DNA of 64,000 nucleotides. Origin: Anaerolineae bacterium (lineage in GTDB: Bacteria; Chloroflexota; Anaerolineae; CG2-30-64-16). The notes under the pieces are model-generated. The model did no database searches. It was given only the letters and a program-made list of their open reading frames with translations, and was not told where the DNA came from. Of the stretch, positions 1-10,845 are shown in pieces. The DNA is taken from NCBI GenBank assembly GCA_034432655.1, contig DAOUBP010000096.1:1849-65848 (forward strand), written 5' to 3'. Made by a program: the position numbers and the translations under genes. Position 1 is the first letter of the stretch; every line of letters begins with the position of its first letter.

Positions 1-46
1 TGATCCTGGTGGAACGGACTGACCGGTATGCGATCTACCAGGTACC

Positions 47-724
47 TTGGGGCGAGGAGGAACGGTGACATCGTGGCGTGACCGTTGGATCGCATTTTGG
101 ATGGCTCGCGCAGGGTTGAGCCGTCGTGGCCGTTTGGCGACCCGTTTGGCGACCTGGGTTGCTGCGCCGTACAAGGGCAAACGTCCGCTGGCGCGGCTCA
201 ATCCAAACGGCTATATCTCGCCTCGCGCACAAATCATTTGTCGCGACTTTCGCCTGGGCCGGCATTGCTATGTGGACGATGATGTGATCATCTACGACCG
301 CGGGGACGGTGGTCATGTTGCGCTGGGAGATGGTGCCCACTTGTATCGCGGCACTATCATCGAGCTGGGTCAGGGCGGCAGTGTGGAGGTCGGTACAGAT
401 AGCCACATCCAGCCCAACTGCCAGTTCACGGCGTTTGTGGCGGCGGTGAGGATCGGCGCACGGGTACAGGTGGCGCCTGGCTGCGCGTTTTATCCGTATC
501 AGCACACTTTCGAGGCAGGCCGACCGATTGTCGAGCAGCCGTTGCACAGCGCAGGCGATATCGTCATCGCAGACGATGCCTGGTTGGGTTATGGCGTTAT
601 TGTGCTGGACGGTGTGACCATCGGCGCTGGTGCAGTAGTGGGCGCCGGGGCTGTGGTGGTGCACGATGTGCCGGCCGGCGCCATCGTGGTGGGAGTGCCA
701 GCGCGCATTATCGGCCATCGGTAG
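47..724 (+). CDS. Hexapeptide-repeat (left-handed beta-helix) acyltransferase
   Basis: 225-aa ORF; C-terminal half is a run of imperfect [LIV]-G-x-x-x-x hexapeptide repeats (IGAGAVVGAGAVVVHDVPAGAIVVGVPARI) typical of LbH O/N-acetyltransferases; 5' end may extend upstream of window. Confidence 0.6.
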   Translation: MGRGGTVTSWRDRWIAFWMARAGLSRRGRLATRLATWVAAPYKGKRPLARLNPNGYISPRAQIICRDFRLGRHCYVDDDVIIYDRGDGGHVALGDGAHLYRGTIIELGQGGSVEVGTDSHIQPNCQFTAFVAAVRIGARVQVAPGCAFYPYQHTFEAGRPIVEQPLHSAGDIVIADDAWLGYGVIVLDGVTIGAGAVVGAGAVVVHDVPAGAIVVGVPARIIGHR

Positions 725-2015
725 TGACTAATGTGTTGGTCGTGCTCAGTTGCCATGCACGAACCACACAATATCCGGTCAAGGCGACGAACAGGCCCAG
801 CCGCCAGTAGGAACTTACGGGATCTGAGAAAACATAGAACAACGTTCCGGCGAATGCAAAAAGAATATAGACATAAGGATAATCTGGCCGGTCCAACAGA
901 TCGAGAACTAGCAGCAGGATGAAAGGTGGGAACTGATAGTGCGTCTCAGTCCATTTGCCCAAGACCAGAAAAGCTGCCGTATTGGCAGCCATGGCGGCAA
1001 CCAGCGCCGTGCGGACTTGGGGCACATGCCAGGGGAGTTTGTGGAACCATGTGCTGCGCTTTGCGACGGGCAATCGCAGTGCAACGAGCACTGAAAAGAT
1101 AGAAATCGTCAGCAGAAAGATCGGGCTTGACCATTTCACCAGGGCGGTGTTGAGCGCTGGCTGTAACTCGGGGACCAGGTGAGTGATGACGCGCATCAGC
1201 AGGTATGGCACGTTTGTCCCGTACAGGATGCGATACCTTTCTATCCCCCAGATGCTGTAGCTCACCTCAGCTGGCCAGGCCAACCAGAAAGGCAAGAGCA
1301 GGACAGCGGGCAAAGTGAGGAGCGGCAGGAAGAAGGCCAGTAACTGTGGAATCTGCGGTCGGCTTGATTGCCATGCCTGACGCAAAACCAGGAGTGCGAT
1401 CGGCAGCAGGGCAAACCCCGCCGTTTGTTTCAACGCCAGCGCCAGCCCCCAGCAGAGACCGGCGTGCCACAAGCTGCTGGCCTTAATGGCCAGCAGGATC
1501 ATTAACATGAGCAGACTCTCATGATGGCCCATATACGCCGAACTGAAGGGGACAATGAAGGTGAGCAAACATAACAGAAAAGTAACAGTTCGCCAACGCG
1601 CTTCAACCCGTCCCGTCCACTGCCCTGTCAGGGCAGCAAGTTGACCTGCCAGCAAGACATCGGAGACCAGCCAGGGCAGGCCGGCCAGCACTTCGAGCCC
1701 GCGTGTTGAAAGTCCCAGAGCCCGACCCATTGCGATCACAGGTGCCAGGATCATAGGCATCAAGGGCGGATAAGTGAAAGCCATTCCTTGAGGCGGGGCT
1801 GACCAAGGCTGTGCGCGTTCGCTGTACAAGTCGAACGATCCGTCCAGGATGCGGCTTGCCGCGTGGATGAACCAGGTCGCGTCCTCCTGGTGATAGCCAT
1901 AGGCCCGCGAGAGCATGCCGAGGGCTACGTAGCTGATGCCGAGAAGCACCATCCAACGTCGGTCCGCAGAAAGAAAGGTGTAGGGACGGCTCAAGATCAA
2001 CCCTTTGATAGACAA
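708..2015 (-). CDS. Polytopic membrane protein, GT-C-like glycosyltransferase (DUF2029/GT87-like)
   Basis: 435-aa ORF with >10 hydrophobic segments, W/L-rich; TTG start; resembles polyprenol-phosphate-sugar dependent GT-C fold membrane glycosyltransferases; family not certain. Confidence 0.45.
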   Translation of the reverse strand: MSIKGLILSRPYTFLSADRRWMVLLGISYVALGMLSRAYGYHQEDATWFIHAASRILDGSFDLYSERAQPWSAPPQGMAFTYPPLMPMILAPVIAMGRALGLSTRGLEVLAGLPWLVSDVLLAGQLAALTGQWTGRVEARWRTVTFLLCLLTFIVPFSSAYMGHHESLLMLMILLAIKASSLWHAGLCWGLALALKQTAGFALLPIALLVLRQAWQSSRPQIPQLLAFFLPLLTLPAVLLLPFWLAWPAEVSYSIWGIERYRILYGTNVPYLLMRVITHLVPELQPALNTALVKWSSPIFLLTISIFSVLVALRLPVAKRSTWFHKLPWHVPQVRTALVAAMAANTAAFLVLGKWTETHYQFPPFILLLVLDLLDRPDYPYVYILFAFAGTLFYVFSDPVSSYWRLGLFVALTGYCVVRAWQLSTTNTLVTTDGR

Positions 2016-2037
2016 TCTTACACAAGGAGCAGAATAA

Positions 2038-5000
2038 ATGTATCAGAGAACAGACTCGGCGCGTCAACATCGTCGCATCTGGGCGGTTATTGGGTCGTTT
2101 GCCGTGATTGTTGCAGCGCTGTTTGCTCTGCGCGTGCCGCTCCAGGCTGCGACGGCACCGCGCGTGGCCGCCAGCATCGTAGACATTACAACGCCAAGCA
2201 CCTATTACAACAACTGGCGAGATTACGCAAACGAGGGCACTCAGATTCGCATTCAAGTCCCTTCGGGCTATAACCCCACCATACCAACGCCGTTGGTGAT
2301 TGCGTTGCATGGCTACAACCAGACGCGCTTCAACGCCCTGGCCGACTATGCAGCTGCTGCAGAGACAAAGGGGTGGTTACTGGCCGCTCCGGAACTGCAT
2401 GGTGAGGTAAACACTTTGCCGGATGTGGGCGCTGCGGTGATGGCCGCCCGCGCTGCGCAGTGGGATGTGCTAGATACGCTTAATTATATGAAGGCGTATT
2501 ACAACGTTGACCCGACACGTGTCTACCTGGTGGGTTTCGATACCGGCGGCATGCTGGCTGAGATCACAGCAGCCAAATGGCCACAGCTCTTTGCCGCTGT
2601 GGCCGCCGACAGCAGCCCGTCCAACCTGATCATCTGGGAATACGATACCCGTCCCGGGGGCGATACTCCCAATGCCGAGATCAACGCTGCCATGCAAGCC
2701 GAGACCGGCGCCTATGAACCTGAATACCACACATTGATGGGTGCCCGCAAGCCGTATATGTACCACTTCGAGTATGAGCGCCGCTCACCTACCGATTACG
2801 CGTTGAACTTCCGCCACATTCCTTTGCTTCTGCTGCATCCGGAAGGGGATCGCATGGTAGCGCCGAACCACGCGCGGGCCATGTATCTGGCGGTGCAGGA
2901 TATCGGCGGCACGGTGCAACTGGAACTGTACCCCGGCAATCACGGGACGCGCAGGGACGACTTCGCCAACTTTACGCTGAACTGGTTGGGGCAATATCAG
3001 CGCGCGCTGAACTATGCGCCTCAAAACAACATCTTCTCGCGGGATGAGTCGGGACGCAACTTTTGGATCGGTGTGCGGCTCTCCTCCGATGATGTGAGCG
3101 TAGACCCGACTAACTATGCACTGCGCACTGAGGCGCACTGGACGCGCATCTGGGACGCCAGCTACGATGTCGTTGCGGGGACGATCAGCCTGGACGCGGA
3201 AAATCTAGAGCCGATGACCGGTACATTGAATCCAGACCCTTACTATGGTGAAGTTATCGGCGCGTATCCGCCCCAAGATCTGACGGTGCAGCTGGAATTC
3301 TACCTGGACCAGATCGGCTTGCCAGCCGGTGGGGTCTATACGGTTGCCCGCCTCAACAAGGACACCGGGCAGCTGACCACAAGTTTCGTAATGGCGGAGA
3401 ACGGCCGAGTCAGTGTGGCGCTGCCGAAGGGCGCGTTCTTGTACCACATAGCTGCCGGCAACCTGTTGCCTGCTTATCAAACTGCAGTTATGCAGCAGGG
3501 CAGCAGCGGCTACAACGGCGCGCGTGATACTTATATCAACGCTTGGGCGTCCGATGCGAACTATGCTGCCTCCTCGGTGTTGGGCATCGGTTCCCTTTCC
3601 TCGAATAACAATGTTTATCCGCAACAAACTGCCCTGCTGCGCTATGATCTCAGCCCCTTGCCAGCTAATGCCCAGGTCCGTTTTGCCGTGCTGATCGTTG
3701 AGCCGCCCGATGCCGACTCTTTGCCCCAAAATATCAACCGGCCGGCGGTGGAGGCGTTTCAGGTCAATCGCCTGTGGGACGAAGGATTTGCCACCTGGAA
3801 CCAGGCCCGCAGCGGCGTGTCCTGGTCGCAGCCGGGCGCCGAGGGTGTGCCGGGCGATCGCACCGCCGGTTATTCTGACCGGCGTATGGTCTACATGTTT
3901 ACGCCAGCGCCTTGGGGCTTCGATGTCACCGGGCCGGTCCGTAACTGGCTGGCCAACCCGGCGTCCAACTACGGCGTGCTTTTGCGCACCGCTCCTGCGA
4001 CCGCCGGCGTAAATCGGGAAGACAATCTTTTCTATGTGGCGTCCTCGAAGCACGGCGCAAGTGCTAAGCGGCCGAAGCTTGTGGTGATCTACACCACGCC
4101 GGGCAGTCCGTCTATCACTGCCACGCCGACCGCCACGCCGACCGCCGGGCCATCGCCCACACCCACGCACACGCCGACACCGACCGCAACCCCGCTCGCA
4201 CTCTTGCCGACGCCGACCCCTCAGTTCACCCCTGAGTGGCGGCAGGTGCTCAATGCGCCAGGTGTCTTTTGGAACGATGTAGACTTCGCCGGCCAGATCG
4301 GTTATGCCATCGGTGGCCCGGACTATGACTCCTATGGGCCCGGCAAAGTGGCCAAGACCACTGACGGCGGCCGCACCTGGACGGTCCTGCCGGACCTGAG
4401 TTCTGTCGGGTTCATGCGCGGCATTGATTGTAAAGATGCCGACACTTGTTGGGTGGCCGGTCAATATGGCACGATTTTTCGGACGACCAACGGTGGCACC
4501 AGCTGGGAAGGGGTCTATAACCGGGCCGGGTACACGGGTTACTTGTATTCGGTACGTTGGACGGGCCAGGGCAACACCGTCTTGATCGGCACTACCTGCA
4601 AGGAGCTTCTGCGCGCCGAGGACGGCTATACCTTTGACTCAGTCTTCGTCAATGACGCCTGCGTGGTGAAATGGGACATCGCCTGTCCTGCTCCCGGCGT
4701 CTGCTACGCTTCGGCCAACGGCGAGTTTATTCACAAGACCACCGACAATGGGCTCAACTGGACTTCCAGGCAGATCGGTTTTGGCCGGCACTATAGCATT
4801 TCGTGTGTTAATGCGAGTACCTGCTGGGCAGCCGGCCAGCATGGCCAGATCTTTTTCACCAGCGACGGCGGCAACACCTGGAAGCGGCAGCAGCCTGACA
4901 TCCCGGACGATGTGACCTTCGCCCGAATTCGCATGCTGGATGCCCGGCACGGTTACGCGATTGCCCGCCGGGTTACCTACGATGCCTCGGGGAAATGGGA

Positions 5001-5763
5001 TACGTTTGTCAGCGGTGGCCTGGTCTACCGCACGGATAATGGCACGTCCTGGCGGCAGGTGGGCGGCTTCACCACCAACGATCTCTCCGGTCTTTACGTA
5101 CACAATATGGACGATGTTGTGATTGTGGACCGCGCGGGCAAGATCTGGCGGTATGCCAACTGGATCACACCAACCCCAGAGCCGACCGCAACTCCGACTG
5201 CCACAGCCAGCATGACCCCGACCAGCACGCCGACGGCTACCAGCACGTCAACACCGACCGCAACACCGACCGCGACAGCCACTAGCACGTCAACAGCGAC
5301 CGCGACAGCCACTTCAACCGCTACGGCCACGCCGACGGCGACAAGCACCGCTACCGCGACACCGACGGCCACAGCCACACCGACAGCCACGGCGACCGCA
5401 ACTGAAACGCCCACCGCGACAGCCACGGCGACTCCTGATACGGGGATCTTGCTCGGGTCGGTATTTGACGACCAAAACGGAAACGGCGTTCCAGATGATG
5501 GGGAACCCGGCTTGCCTGAGGTAGTCATTCGGTTGTTTGGCCCCGCTAACTATGTAGCCGAGGTGGTCACCGATGCGCAGGGGTTTTATCGGTTTATCGG
5601 CTTGCGGCCCGGTGAATATCACCTGTGGTTGATCACACCAAAAGGCTATTTTGTGTCATCAGGGCTGCCCATCATTACTGAGGTGGCGGCCAATGCCACT
5701 GTGGAAGTTCGTATCCCCTTGCGCGCCTATCGGTTGACGTATCTGCCGTTGGTAATTCGTTAA
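2038..5763 (+). CDS. Giant secreted multidomain protein, paralog A: esterase-like alpha/beta hydrolase (nucleophile elbow GFDTG) + DNRLRE-like domain + BNR/Asp-box beta-propeller + SdrD-B/Cna-B-like domain, TP linkers, C-terminal YLPLVIR
   Basis: AGGAG RBS 9 nt upstream of ATG; N-terminal signal anchor ([18 protein letters not shown]); [12 protein letters not shown]...GFDTGGMLA resembles PHB-depolymerase-family esterases; W-x-E-x-x-ATWN motif; four S/T-D-G-G-x-T/S-W Asp-box repeats; [15 protein letters not shown]...TDAQGFYRF SdrD-B-like; long TPTATP linkers. Confidence 0.85.
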   Translation: MYQRTDSARQHRRIWAVIGSFAVIVAALFALRVPLQAATAPRVAASIVDITTPSTYYNNWRDYANEGTQIRIQVPSGYNPTIPTPLVIALHGYNQTRFNALADYAAAAETKGWLLAAPELHGEVNTLPDVGAAVMAARAAQWDVLDTLNYMKAYYNVDPTRVYLVGFDTGGMLAEITAAKWPQLFAAVAADSSPSNLIIWEYDTRPGGDTPNAEINAAMQAETGAYEPEYHTLMGARKPYMYHFEYERRSPTDYALNFRHIPLLLLHPEGDRMVAPNHARAMYLAVQDIGGTVQLELYPGNHGTRRDDFANFTLNWLGQYQRALNYAPQNNIFSRDESGRNFWIGVRLSSDDVSVDPTNYALRTEAHWTRIWDASYDVVAGTISLDAENLEPMTGTLNPDPYYGEVIGAYPPQDLTVQLEFYLDQIGLPAGGVYTVARLNKDTGQLTTSFVMAENGRVSVALPKGAFLYHIAAGNLLPAYQTAVMQQGSSGYNGARDTYINAWASDANYAASSVLGIGSLSSNNNVYPQQTALLRYDLSPLPANAQVRFAVLIVEPPDADSLPQNINRPAVEAFQVNRLWDEGFATWNQARSGVSWSQPGAEGVPGDRTAGYSDRRMVYMFTPAPWGFDVTGPVRNWLANPASNYGVLLRTAPATAGVNREDNLFYVASSKHGASAKRPKLVVIYTTPGSPSITATPTATPTAGPSPTPTHTPTPTATPLALLPTPTPQFTPEWRQVLNAPGVFWNDVDFAGQIGYAIGGPDYDSYGPGKVAKTTDGGRTWTVLPDLSSVGFMRGIDCKDADTCWVAGQYGTIFRTTNGGTSWEGVYNRAGYTGYLYSVRWTGQGNTVLIGTTCKELLRAEDGYTFDSVFVNDACVVKWDIACPAPGVCYASANGEFIHKTTDNGLNWTSRQIGFGRHYSISCVNASTCWAAGQHGQIFFTSDGGNTWKRQQPDIPDDVTFARIRMLDARHGYAIARRVTYDASGKWDTFVSGGLVYRTDNGTSWRQVGGFTTNDLSGLYVHNMDDVVIVDRAGKIWRYANWITPTPEPTATPTATASMTPTSTPTATSTSTPTATPTATATSTSTATATATSTATATPTATSTATATPTATATPTATATATETPTATATATPDTGILLGSVFDDQNGNGVPDDGEPGLPEVVIRLFGPANYVAEVVTDAQGFYRFIGLRPGEYHLWLITPKGYFVSSGLPIITEVAANATVEVRIPLRAYRLTYLPLVIR
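5164..5445 (+). repeat. Low-complexity ACN-CCN-ACN-GCN DNA encoding a TPTATATPT linker
   Basis: ~280 bp of (acg/acc ccg acc gcg)-type triplet repeats; produces spurious VGVAVGV antisense ORFs. Confidence 0.8.
5740..5760 (+). other. C-terminal YLPLVIR motif (last 7 residues) of paralog A
   Basis: ...[13 protein letters not shown]-stop; basic residues 3-5 positions upstream. Confidence 0.8.
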
Positions 5764-5772
5764 GCCTGACCT

Positions 5773-5815
5773 CACGGTGGTCTGTGGGCGGCTCCCCTGC
5801 CCACAGACCACCGTG
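5773..5815 (+). terminator. Perfect 17-bp-stem hairpin immediately after paralog A stop (terminator-like, no clear U-tract)
   Basis: cacggtggtctgtgggc-ggctcccct-gcccacagaccaccgtg; followed by tgaaaaaac. Confidence 0.4.
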
Positions 5816-5851
5816 TGAAAAAACTGTAACAACCTGAGCTGTCCGGTCTTC

Positions 5852-5880
5852 ATCCTCTCTTCATCCCCGACGTGCATAAT
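5852..5880 (+). promoter_or_regulatory. Candidate sigma70-like promoter for paralog B (TGcATAAT extended -10)
   Basis: cataat at 5875-5880 preceded by TG; weak -35 ttcatc; low confidence. Confidence 0.25.
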
Positions 5881-5941
5881 CATGCGCGTAAGACTGTAAT
5901 CTGTGGTCGCCATCCCTTGTCTCGATGAAGTGGAGAGAACT

Positions 5942-8900
5942 ATGGTCCCCGGAAACCTGGTACGACGGACGTTTTTCCCCTGGCTGCTGATCGCTTTGTT
6001 CCTGGTTGTGGTGACCATCCCCAGTGCGGCACTGACCCGTCCCGCGCGGGATGACAATCCTGCTCTTACCGCGGCCGGCCAGGGCGTAGCGGCTACCATT
6101 CTCGATGTGACCATCCCCAGCACGTACTACAACAATTGGTCGGGGTATGCCGACGAAGGGACCCGGGTGCGCCTTCAGATTCCTTCCGGCTACAGCCCGG
6201 CAGTCCCTGCACCTCTGGTGATCGCTTTGCATGACTATAACCAGACACGCGTTGACAGCTTTAACAGCTACGCGGCTGCGGCTGATGCGCGCGGCTGGCT
6301 GCTGGCCGCACCGGAGATGCACGGCGAAGTGAACAACGCGCCCAACGTCGGCGTGCGCGTGATGGGATCGCGCGCCTCGCAATGGGATGTGCTGGATACC
6401 ATTAACTACATGAAGGCCAACTATAACGTAGACAGCACCCGCATCTACCTGATCGGCTATGGCATGGGTGGGCTGACGGCGCAGATTTTTGCTGCCAAAT
6501 GGCCGCACTTGATCGCGGCCGTAGTGGCCGACAGCAGCCCCTCTAACCTGGTGATCTGGGAATTCGATACCCGTTCCACCGGAGACACCCCTAATGCGGC
6601 CATCAACCAGGCGATGCTTCAAGAAACAGGCGCGTATCATCCGTCTACGCATCAGCTCATTGCTGAGCGGCGTCCTTATCGCTATCATTTCGAGTATGAA
6701 CGACGTTCGCCCACCGACTTTGCGCTGAACTTCCGGCACATTCCCCTCCTGTTGCTACATCCCTCCAACGACACCACGGTGGCGCCGGCCCATGCGCATA
6801 TCATGTACCGGAATGTCTTAGATTACACCGAGACAACGGTGCAGCTAGAGTTCTTCTCCGGCAACCACGGCAGTCGTCGCGCTGATTACGCTAACTATAC
6901 TCTGAATTGGCTTGGCCAGTTTCAAAGGCCGGCCGATTTTGTCCCACAGAATAACACTTTCTCGCGTGACGAATCTGGACGTAATTTCTGGATCGGCGTC
7001 CAGCTTTCGTCCGATGCCGTCAGTGTGGATCCGAGCACATATGCCCTGCGCACCGAGGCGCATTGGACACGAGTGTGGGATGCTACCTTCAATCGTGATC
7101 TGCGGACCATCGAAGTAGATGTCGAGAATCTGGAACCGTTAACCGGTAGCGTGAAAGACTATGGCGCGTACCCGCCTACCGATCTTACTGTGCAGTTGGA
7201 CTTCTATCTAGACCAGATCGGGCTGCCGACATCTGGCCCTTATACCGTCGAACGGATCAACAAGGACACCGGTCAGTTTACTATCAGCACGGCCACCGCT
7301 AGCGGTGGTGTAGTGAGGGTCGCGGTGCCCAAAGGGGCCTACCTGTACCGGATCGTGGCCGGCGACCAACCGCCGGCCTACCAGACTGTGACGTTCCAGC
7401 AGGGGGTGAACGGCTACACCGGCGTGCAAGATACCTTTATCAGCGAATGGCCGCCGCCGCCGGGTCAGTCGGATGAAGACTACGCGACCTGGTCCGATCT
7501 GGCGATCAGTCACATCGGTTCCCTGGCACAACGTGAGCCGTTGCTGCGCTTTGATCTGAGCAGTCTGCCTGTCAACGCACATATCCGTTTTGCGGTGTTG
7601 ATCGTCAACACATCTTTGTTGCCGGACAATATCAATCGTCCGCCGGTAGATGTTTTTCAGGTGAACCGGCAGTGGGTTGTCAACCAGACCACATGGAGGC
7701 TGGCGCGTTCCGGCGTGCCTTGGGAAGTCCCGGGGGCGGCCGGCGTGCCCGGCGACCGCTCCGGCGCCTATACCGACCGACGCATGGTTTACATGGCTAA
7801 TCCGCCGGCCGCCTGGGGCTTTGATGTCGGTGGCATGGTGCGTAGCTGGGTTGCCAGCCCGGCCAGCAACTTCGGCCTCCTGTTGCGCGCAGCGCCGGCT
7901 GCAGCCGACTACACCAAAGAGGACAATGACTTTTTTGTCGCTTCTTCGGAGGCCAGCACGCAGTCCAGCCGGCCCAAACTGGTGGTAGTTTACACCACAG
8001 AACAACCGACGCCCACGCCGACCATCACGCCCACGCCCACGGCGACGGCGACGCCGACGGAAACGCCTACCCCTACGCCTACTCACACGCCGACGATGAC
8101 GCCGACCCCCACTGAAACTGCTACACCTACTGTGACGCCGACTCGCGTGCCCGGCACCCGCGTTATCTCCGGTGATGTTTTCATGGATGACAACCGGAGC
8201 GGCGAGCGCGATCCGGGTGAGTCCGGTGTGGCCGACGTGCCGGTCGCGTTGATTTTCGATGGCATCGTGCGTTACAATGCGACGACCGATAGCAACGGTG
8301 AGTTTTTGTTCCCCGATGTTGACCCGCCAGGGACGTGGGTGGTACGCATCGTACCGCCACCCGGCCTGGGCACCCTCAGCGGCGAGGATTCGCAAACGGT
8401 TGTCCTGGACGTGAACGACGAGAAGTATGTGCCTTTCCCCATGGTGGTCTTGCCCACCCCGACGCCGACGCCGACCGCGACCGCCACGGCAACTGCTACT
8501 CCCACGGCAACGGCCACCCCGACTGTGACCTCAACACCCACGGCCACGCCCACGCGCACGTTGACCCCCACTGCCACTCCCACCGCCATCAACGGCTGGC
8601 GACAGGTGTATCACGCGCCGGGAGTGATCTGGCGTGATCTGGAGTTCGTGGATGCCAACGTGGGCTATGCGGTGGGTGGTCCGCCCGGGGACGCCGAGGG
8701 TCAAGCGACCCTATTGAAGACAACTGACGGCGGCGCCAGTTGGGCCGAGCAAAAGTTGAATACCCTGTCATGGATGGACGGCCTGACGTGCAAAAATGCC
8801 CAGACCTGTTGGATCGCCGGCAAATACGGCACCATCCAACGCACCCTCGACGGTGGGACCACCTGGCAGGGGATGAATAGCAACTATACGGGCTTTCTGG

Positions 8901-10543
8901 TGGCGGCGCGTTGGACTGGAATCGGCGATACCGTGTTGGTCGGCGCCAGCTGCAGTCGCATCTTACACGCCACTGACGGCATAAATTTCAAAATAGTCAC
9001 CACCGAAGGTTGCTCGGATCAGTGGGATTTTGCCTGTCCAGCTGCTGGTCAGTGCTATTCAGCAGGCAGCCAGAACAGCGTCTTCCGTTCGACCGATAAC
9101 GGTACAAGCTGGACGCGTAGCCAGTTCGGTGCTGCTGGTTCGGTTTACAACGGCATCAGTTGTGTAGACACGAACCGTTGTTGGGTGGTCGGCACGGAAG
9201 GCCAGATCTTCAGGACCCTGGACGGAGGTCTGACCTGGCAGCAACAATCTGGCCCGTCGGCCGCGGTCACCTTCAATAAAGTGCACATGCTGAATGCAAC
9301 CCAGGGTTATGCCGTTGGGGACGGCGGAATCATTTATCGCACCGATGATGGGCTAACTTGGGGCCAGTTGCCGTCTTTCACCGCTGCGAATCTGATGGAT
9401 GTCTACGCGTTGCGCATGGACAATGTCTATGTCTTGGACGCCGCCGGTAAGGTCTGGCATTTTGATGGCCAGGCCCCTGTGAATACGTTGACCCCTATGC
9501 CGACCAATACGCCGACGCGCACACCGACGCTGACTGCCACGCCGACCGTAACGCGGACACCCACACCTACGGCAACCGCGACTGCGACGTCTACGCCGAC
9601 TGCGACCTATACGCCTACCGCTACCGCGACACCAACACCGACTACCGGTGAGATCGTGGGCCTGGTCTTCAATGATCTTAACCGCAACGCTGTACAAGAC
9701 CCGGGCGAGCCCGGCTTGGAAGGATTCCGCATCTACTTGCGCAAGGGGGATGTGATCTATCGTACCACTCAGACCGACGTCACCGGTCGTTTTCGGTTCG
9801 TAACCGTTGATCCCGGCTTATGGAATGTCTGGCTGATCATCCCGCCCGAATTCGTGCTCATCGGCGTGACCAACCCGGCGGTGATATATGTGTCGGCAAA
9901 TACTCAGCTCGACGTGATCTTCCCTCTGTCACAAGGGGGTACCTTGACACCGACCTTTACCCCCACAGTGACACGCACCCCCACGATCACCCCGACGCCG
10001 ACGAGCACGCCAACGCGCACTGCAACGCCGACCGCGACCGCCACGGTCACGCCGACGCGCGTGCCGGGCGAGCGGATTATCCGTGGCATAGTGTTCGTAG
10101 ATGCTAACCGCAATCTCGTGCGCGACCCCGACGAACCGGGGTTGAGCGGCGTCACAATTCAATTACGGCAGGCTTCTCAAGTACGGGCCAGCACCACCAC
10201 CGATGGCAGCGGCCGGTTTATCTTCCCCGATGTGGATATGGGTCTGTGGAACGTGACGATCGTAGTGCCACCCGGCATGGAAGTGATCGGAACGCCCGAT
10301 ACCGTAGCGGTTTTCGTCGGCCAGGAATCCGTGTTGGACCTGCAGTTTGCTCTTGTGTATTTGCCGACAGCCACACCTACGGCGACGGCAACCTCTACAT
10401 CTTCGCCGACGGCGACATCTAGCCCGACGCGCACGGCGACAGCTACGATTACACCCAGCCCGACGGCGTCCCGGACGCCTGTGCCGACGCCGGTGCTGCG
10501 GAAGCAGTATATCCCCTTGCTGCTGAGAGGGTTGGATAGCTAG
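5942..10543 (+). CDS. Giant secreted multidomain protein, paralog B: esterase-like domain (elbow GYGMG) + DNRLRE-like + SdrD-B-like + BNR beta-propeller + 2x SdrD-B-like, TP linkers, C-terminal YIPLLLRGLDS
   Basis: GGAGAG RBS before ATG 5942 (longest ORF begins GTG 5903); signal anchor FFPWLLIALFLVVVTIPSAAL; domain order differs from A and C. Confidence 0.85.
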   Translation: MVPGNLVRRTFFPWLLIALFLVVVTIPSAALTRPARDDNPALTAAGQGVAATILDVTIPSTYYNNWSGYADEGTRVRLQIPSGYSPAVPAPLVIALHDYNQTRVDSFNSYAAAADARGWLLAAPEMHGEVNNAPNVGVRVMGSRASQWDVLDTINYMKANYNVDSTRIYLIGYGMGGLTAQIFAAKWPHLIAAVVADSSPSNLVIWEFDTRSTGDTPNAAINQAMLQETGAYHPSTHQLIAERRPYRYHFEYERRSPTDFALNFRHIPLLLLHPSNDTTVAPAHAHIMYRNVLDYTETTVQLEFFSGNHGSRRADYANYTLNWLGQFQRPADFVPQNNTFSRDESGRNFWIGVQLSSDAVSVDPSTYALRTEAHWTRVWDATFNRDLRTIEVDVENLEPLTGSVKDYGAYPPTDLTVQLDFYLDQIGLPTSGPYTVERINKDTGQFTISTATASGGVVRVAVPKGAYLYRIVAGDQPPAYQTVTFQQGVNGYTGVQDTFISEWPPPPGQSDEDYATWSDLAISHIGSLAQREPLLRFDLSSLPVNAHIRFAVLIVNTSLLPDNINRPPVDVFQVNRQWVVNQTTWRLARSGVPWEVPGAAGVPGDRSGAYTDRRMVYMANPPAAWGFDVGGMVRSWVASPASNFGLLLRAAPAAADYTKEDNDFFVASSEASTQSSRPKLVVVYTTEQPTPTPTITPTPTATATPTETPTPTPTHTPTMTPTPTETATPTVTPTRVPGTRVISGDVFMDDNRSGERDPGESGVADVPVALIFDGIVRYNATTDSNGEFLFPDVDPPGTWVVRIVPPPGLGTLSGEDSQTVVLDVNDEKYVPFPMVVLPTPTPTPTATATATATPTATATPTVTSTPTATPTRTLTPTATPTAINGWRQVYHAPGVIWRDLEFVDANVGYAVGGPPGDAEGQATLLKTTDGGASWAEQKLNTLSWMDGLTCKNAQTCWIAGKYGTIQRTLDGGTTWQGMNSNYTGFLVAARWTGIGDTVLVGASCSRILHATDGINFKIVTTEGCSDQWDFACPAAGQCYSAGSQNSVFRSTDNGTSWTRSQFGAAGSVYNGISCVDTNRCWVVGTEGQIFRTLDGGLTWQQQSGPSAAVTFNKVHMLNATQGYAVGDGGIIYRTDDGLTWGQLPSFTAANLMDVYALRMDNVYVLDAAGKVWHFDGQAPVNTLTPMPTNTPTRTPTLTATPTVTRTPTPTATATATSTPTATYTPTATATPTPTTGEIVGLVFNDLNRNAVQDPGEPGLEGFRIYLRKGDVIYRTTQTDVTGRFRFVTVDPGLWNVWLIIPPEFVLIGVTNPAVIYVSANTQLDVIFPLSQGGTLTPTFTPTVTRTPTITPTPTSTPTRTATPTATATVTPTRVPGERIIRGIVFVDANRNLVRDPDEPGLSGVTIQLRQASQVRASTTTDGSGRFIFPDVDMGLWNVTIVVPPGMEVIGTPDTVAVFVGQESVLDLQFALVYLPTATPTATATSTSSPTATSSPTRTATATITPSPTASRTPVPTPVLRKQYIPLLLRGLDS
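10508..10528 (+). other. C-terminal YIPLLLR motif of paralog B (followed by GLDS-stop)
   Basis: ...PTPVLRKQYIPLLLRGLDS-stop. Confidence 0.8.
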
Positions 10544-10626
10544 AAGGTGCGCGTCGGAGGGACGGTCGGGCGCAATAGCGTGCCGAAAAGAGATGCCGCT
10601 CTGAAAAAGATCGCACCTACCCCGCG

Positions 10627-10668
10627 CCCCCCTCCCTATGTGGGAGGGGGAGCATCGTTTTCCTTTCT
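10627..10668 (+). terminator. Intrinsic terminator candidate downstream of paralog B
   Basis: cccccctccc-tatgt-gggaggggg hairpin followed by T-rich agcatcgttttcctttctcc. Confidence 0.45.
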
Positions 10669-10777
10669 CCTCGTAGGAGGTAGGATCATGACCGATGTGG
10701 GCTATTGTCTCGGGCACCGCCCTCAGCCCTCTGCTGAGGGCGGCACGCGTTGGAAGCGAGTATCACAAGTGGGGAAA

Positions 10778-10808
10778 TTGGGTAAACATCCCCGCTTTGT
10801 GCTATACT
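10778..10808 (+). promoter_or_regulatory. Candidate promoter for paralog C (ttgTGgcTATACT)
   Basis: tatact at 10803-10808 with upstream TG; AT-richer island in GC-rich DNA; AAGGAG RBS at 10829-10834. Confidence 0.3.
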
Positions 10809-10845
10809 CGCATTTTGACGGTATAAAAGGAGACATAGAACGACA

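Noticed and set aside
3205-4464. Long - strand ORFs (also 7208-8395, 12295-13041, 34183-35406, 41063-42217, 19406-20509) and + strand ORFs inside - strand genes (51829-53214, 54197-54907, 55052-55879)
   Set aside because: All lie antisense to, or out of frame with, genes that have strong domain signatures. Their composition is R/G/A/P-rich with no motifs. They are artefacts of high GC3 content.
5094-5528. ORFs translating as [11 protein letters not shown]... (also 8083-8592, 9904-10155, 13314-13874, 43072-43368)
   Set aside because: Reverse-complement reading of the ACN-CCN-GCN triplet repeats that encode the TPTATP linkers. Not genes.
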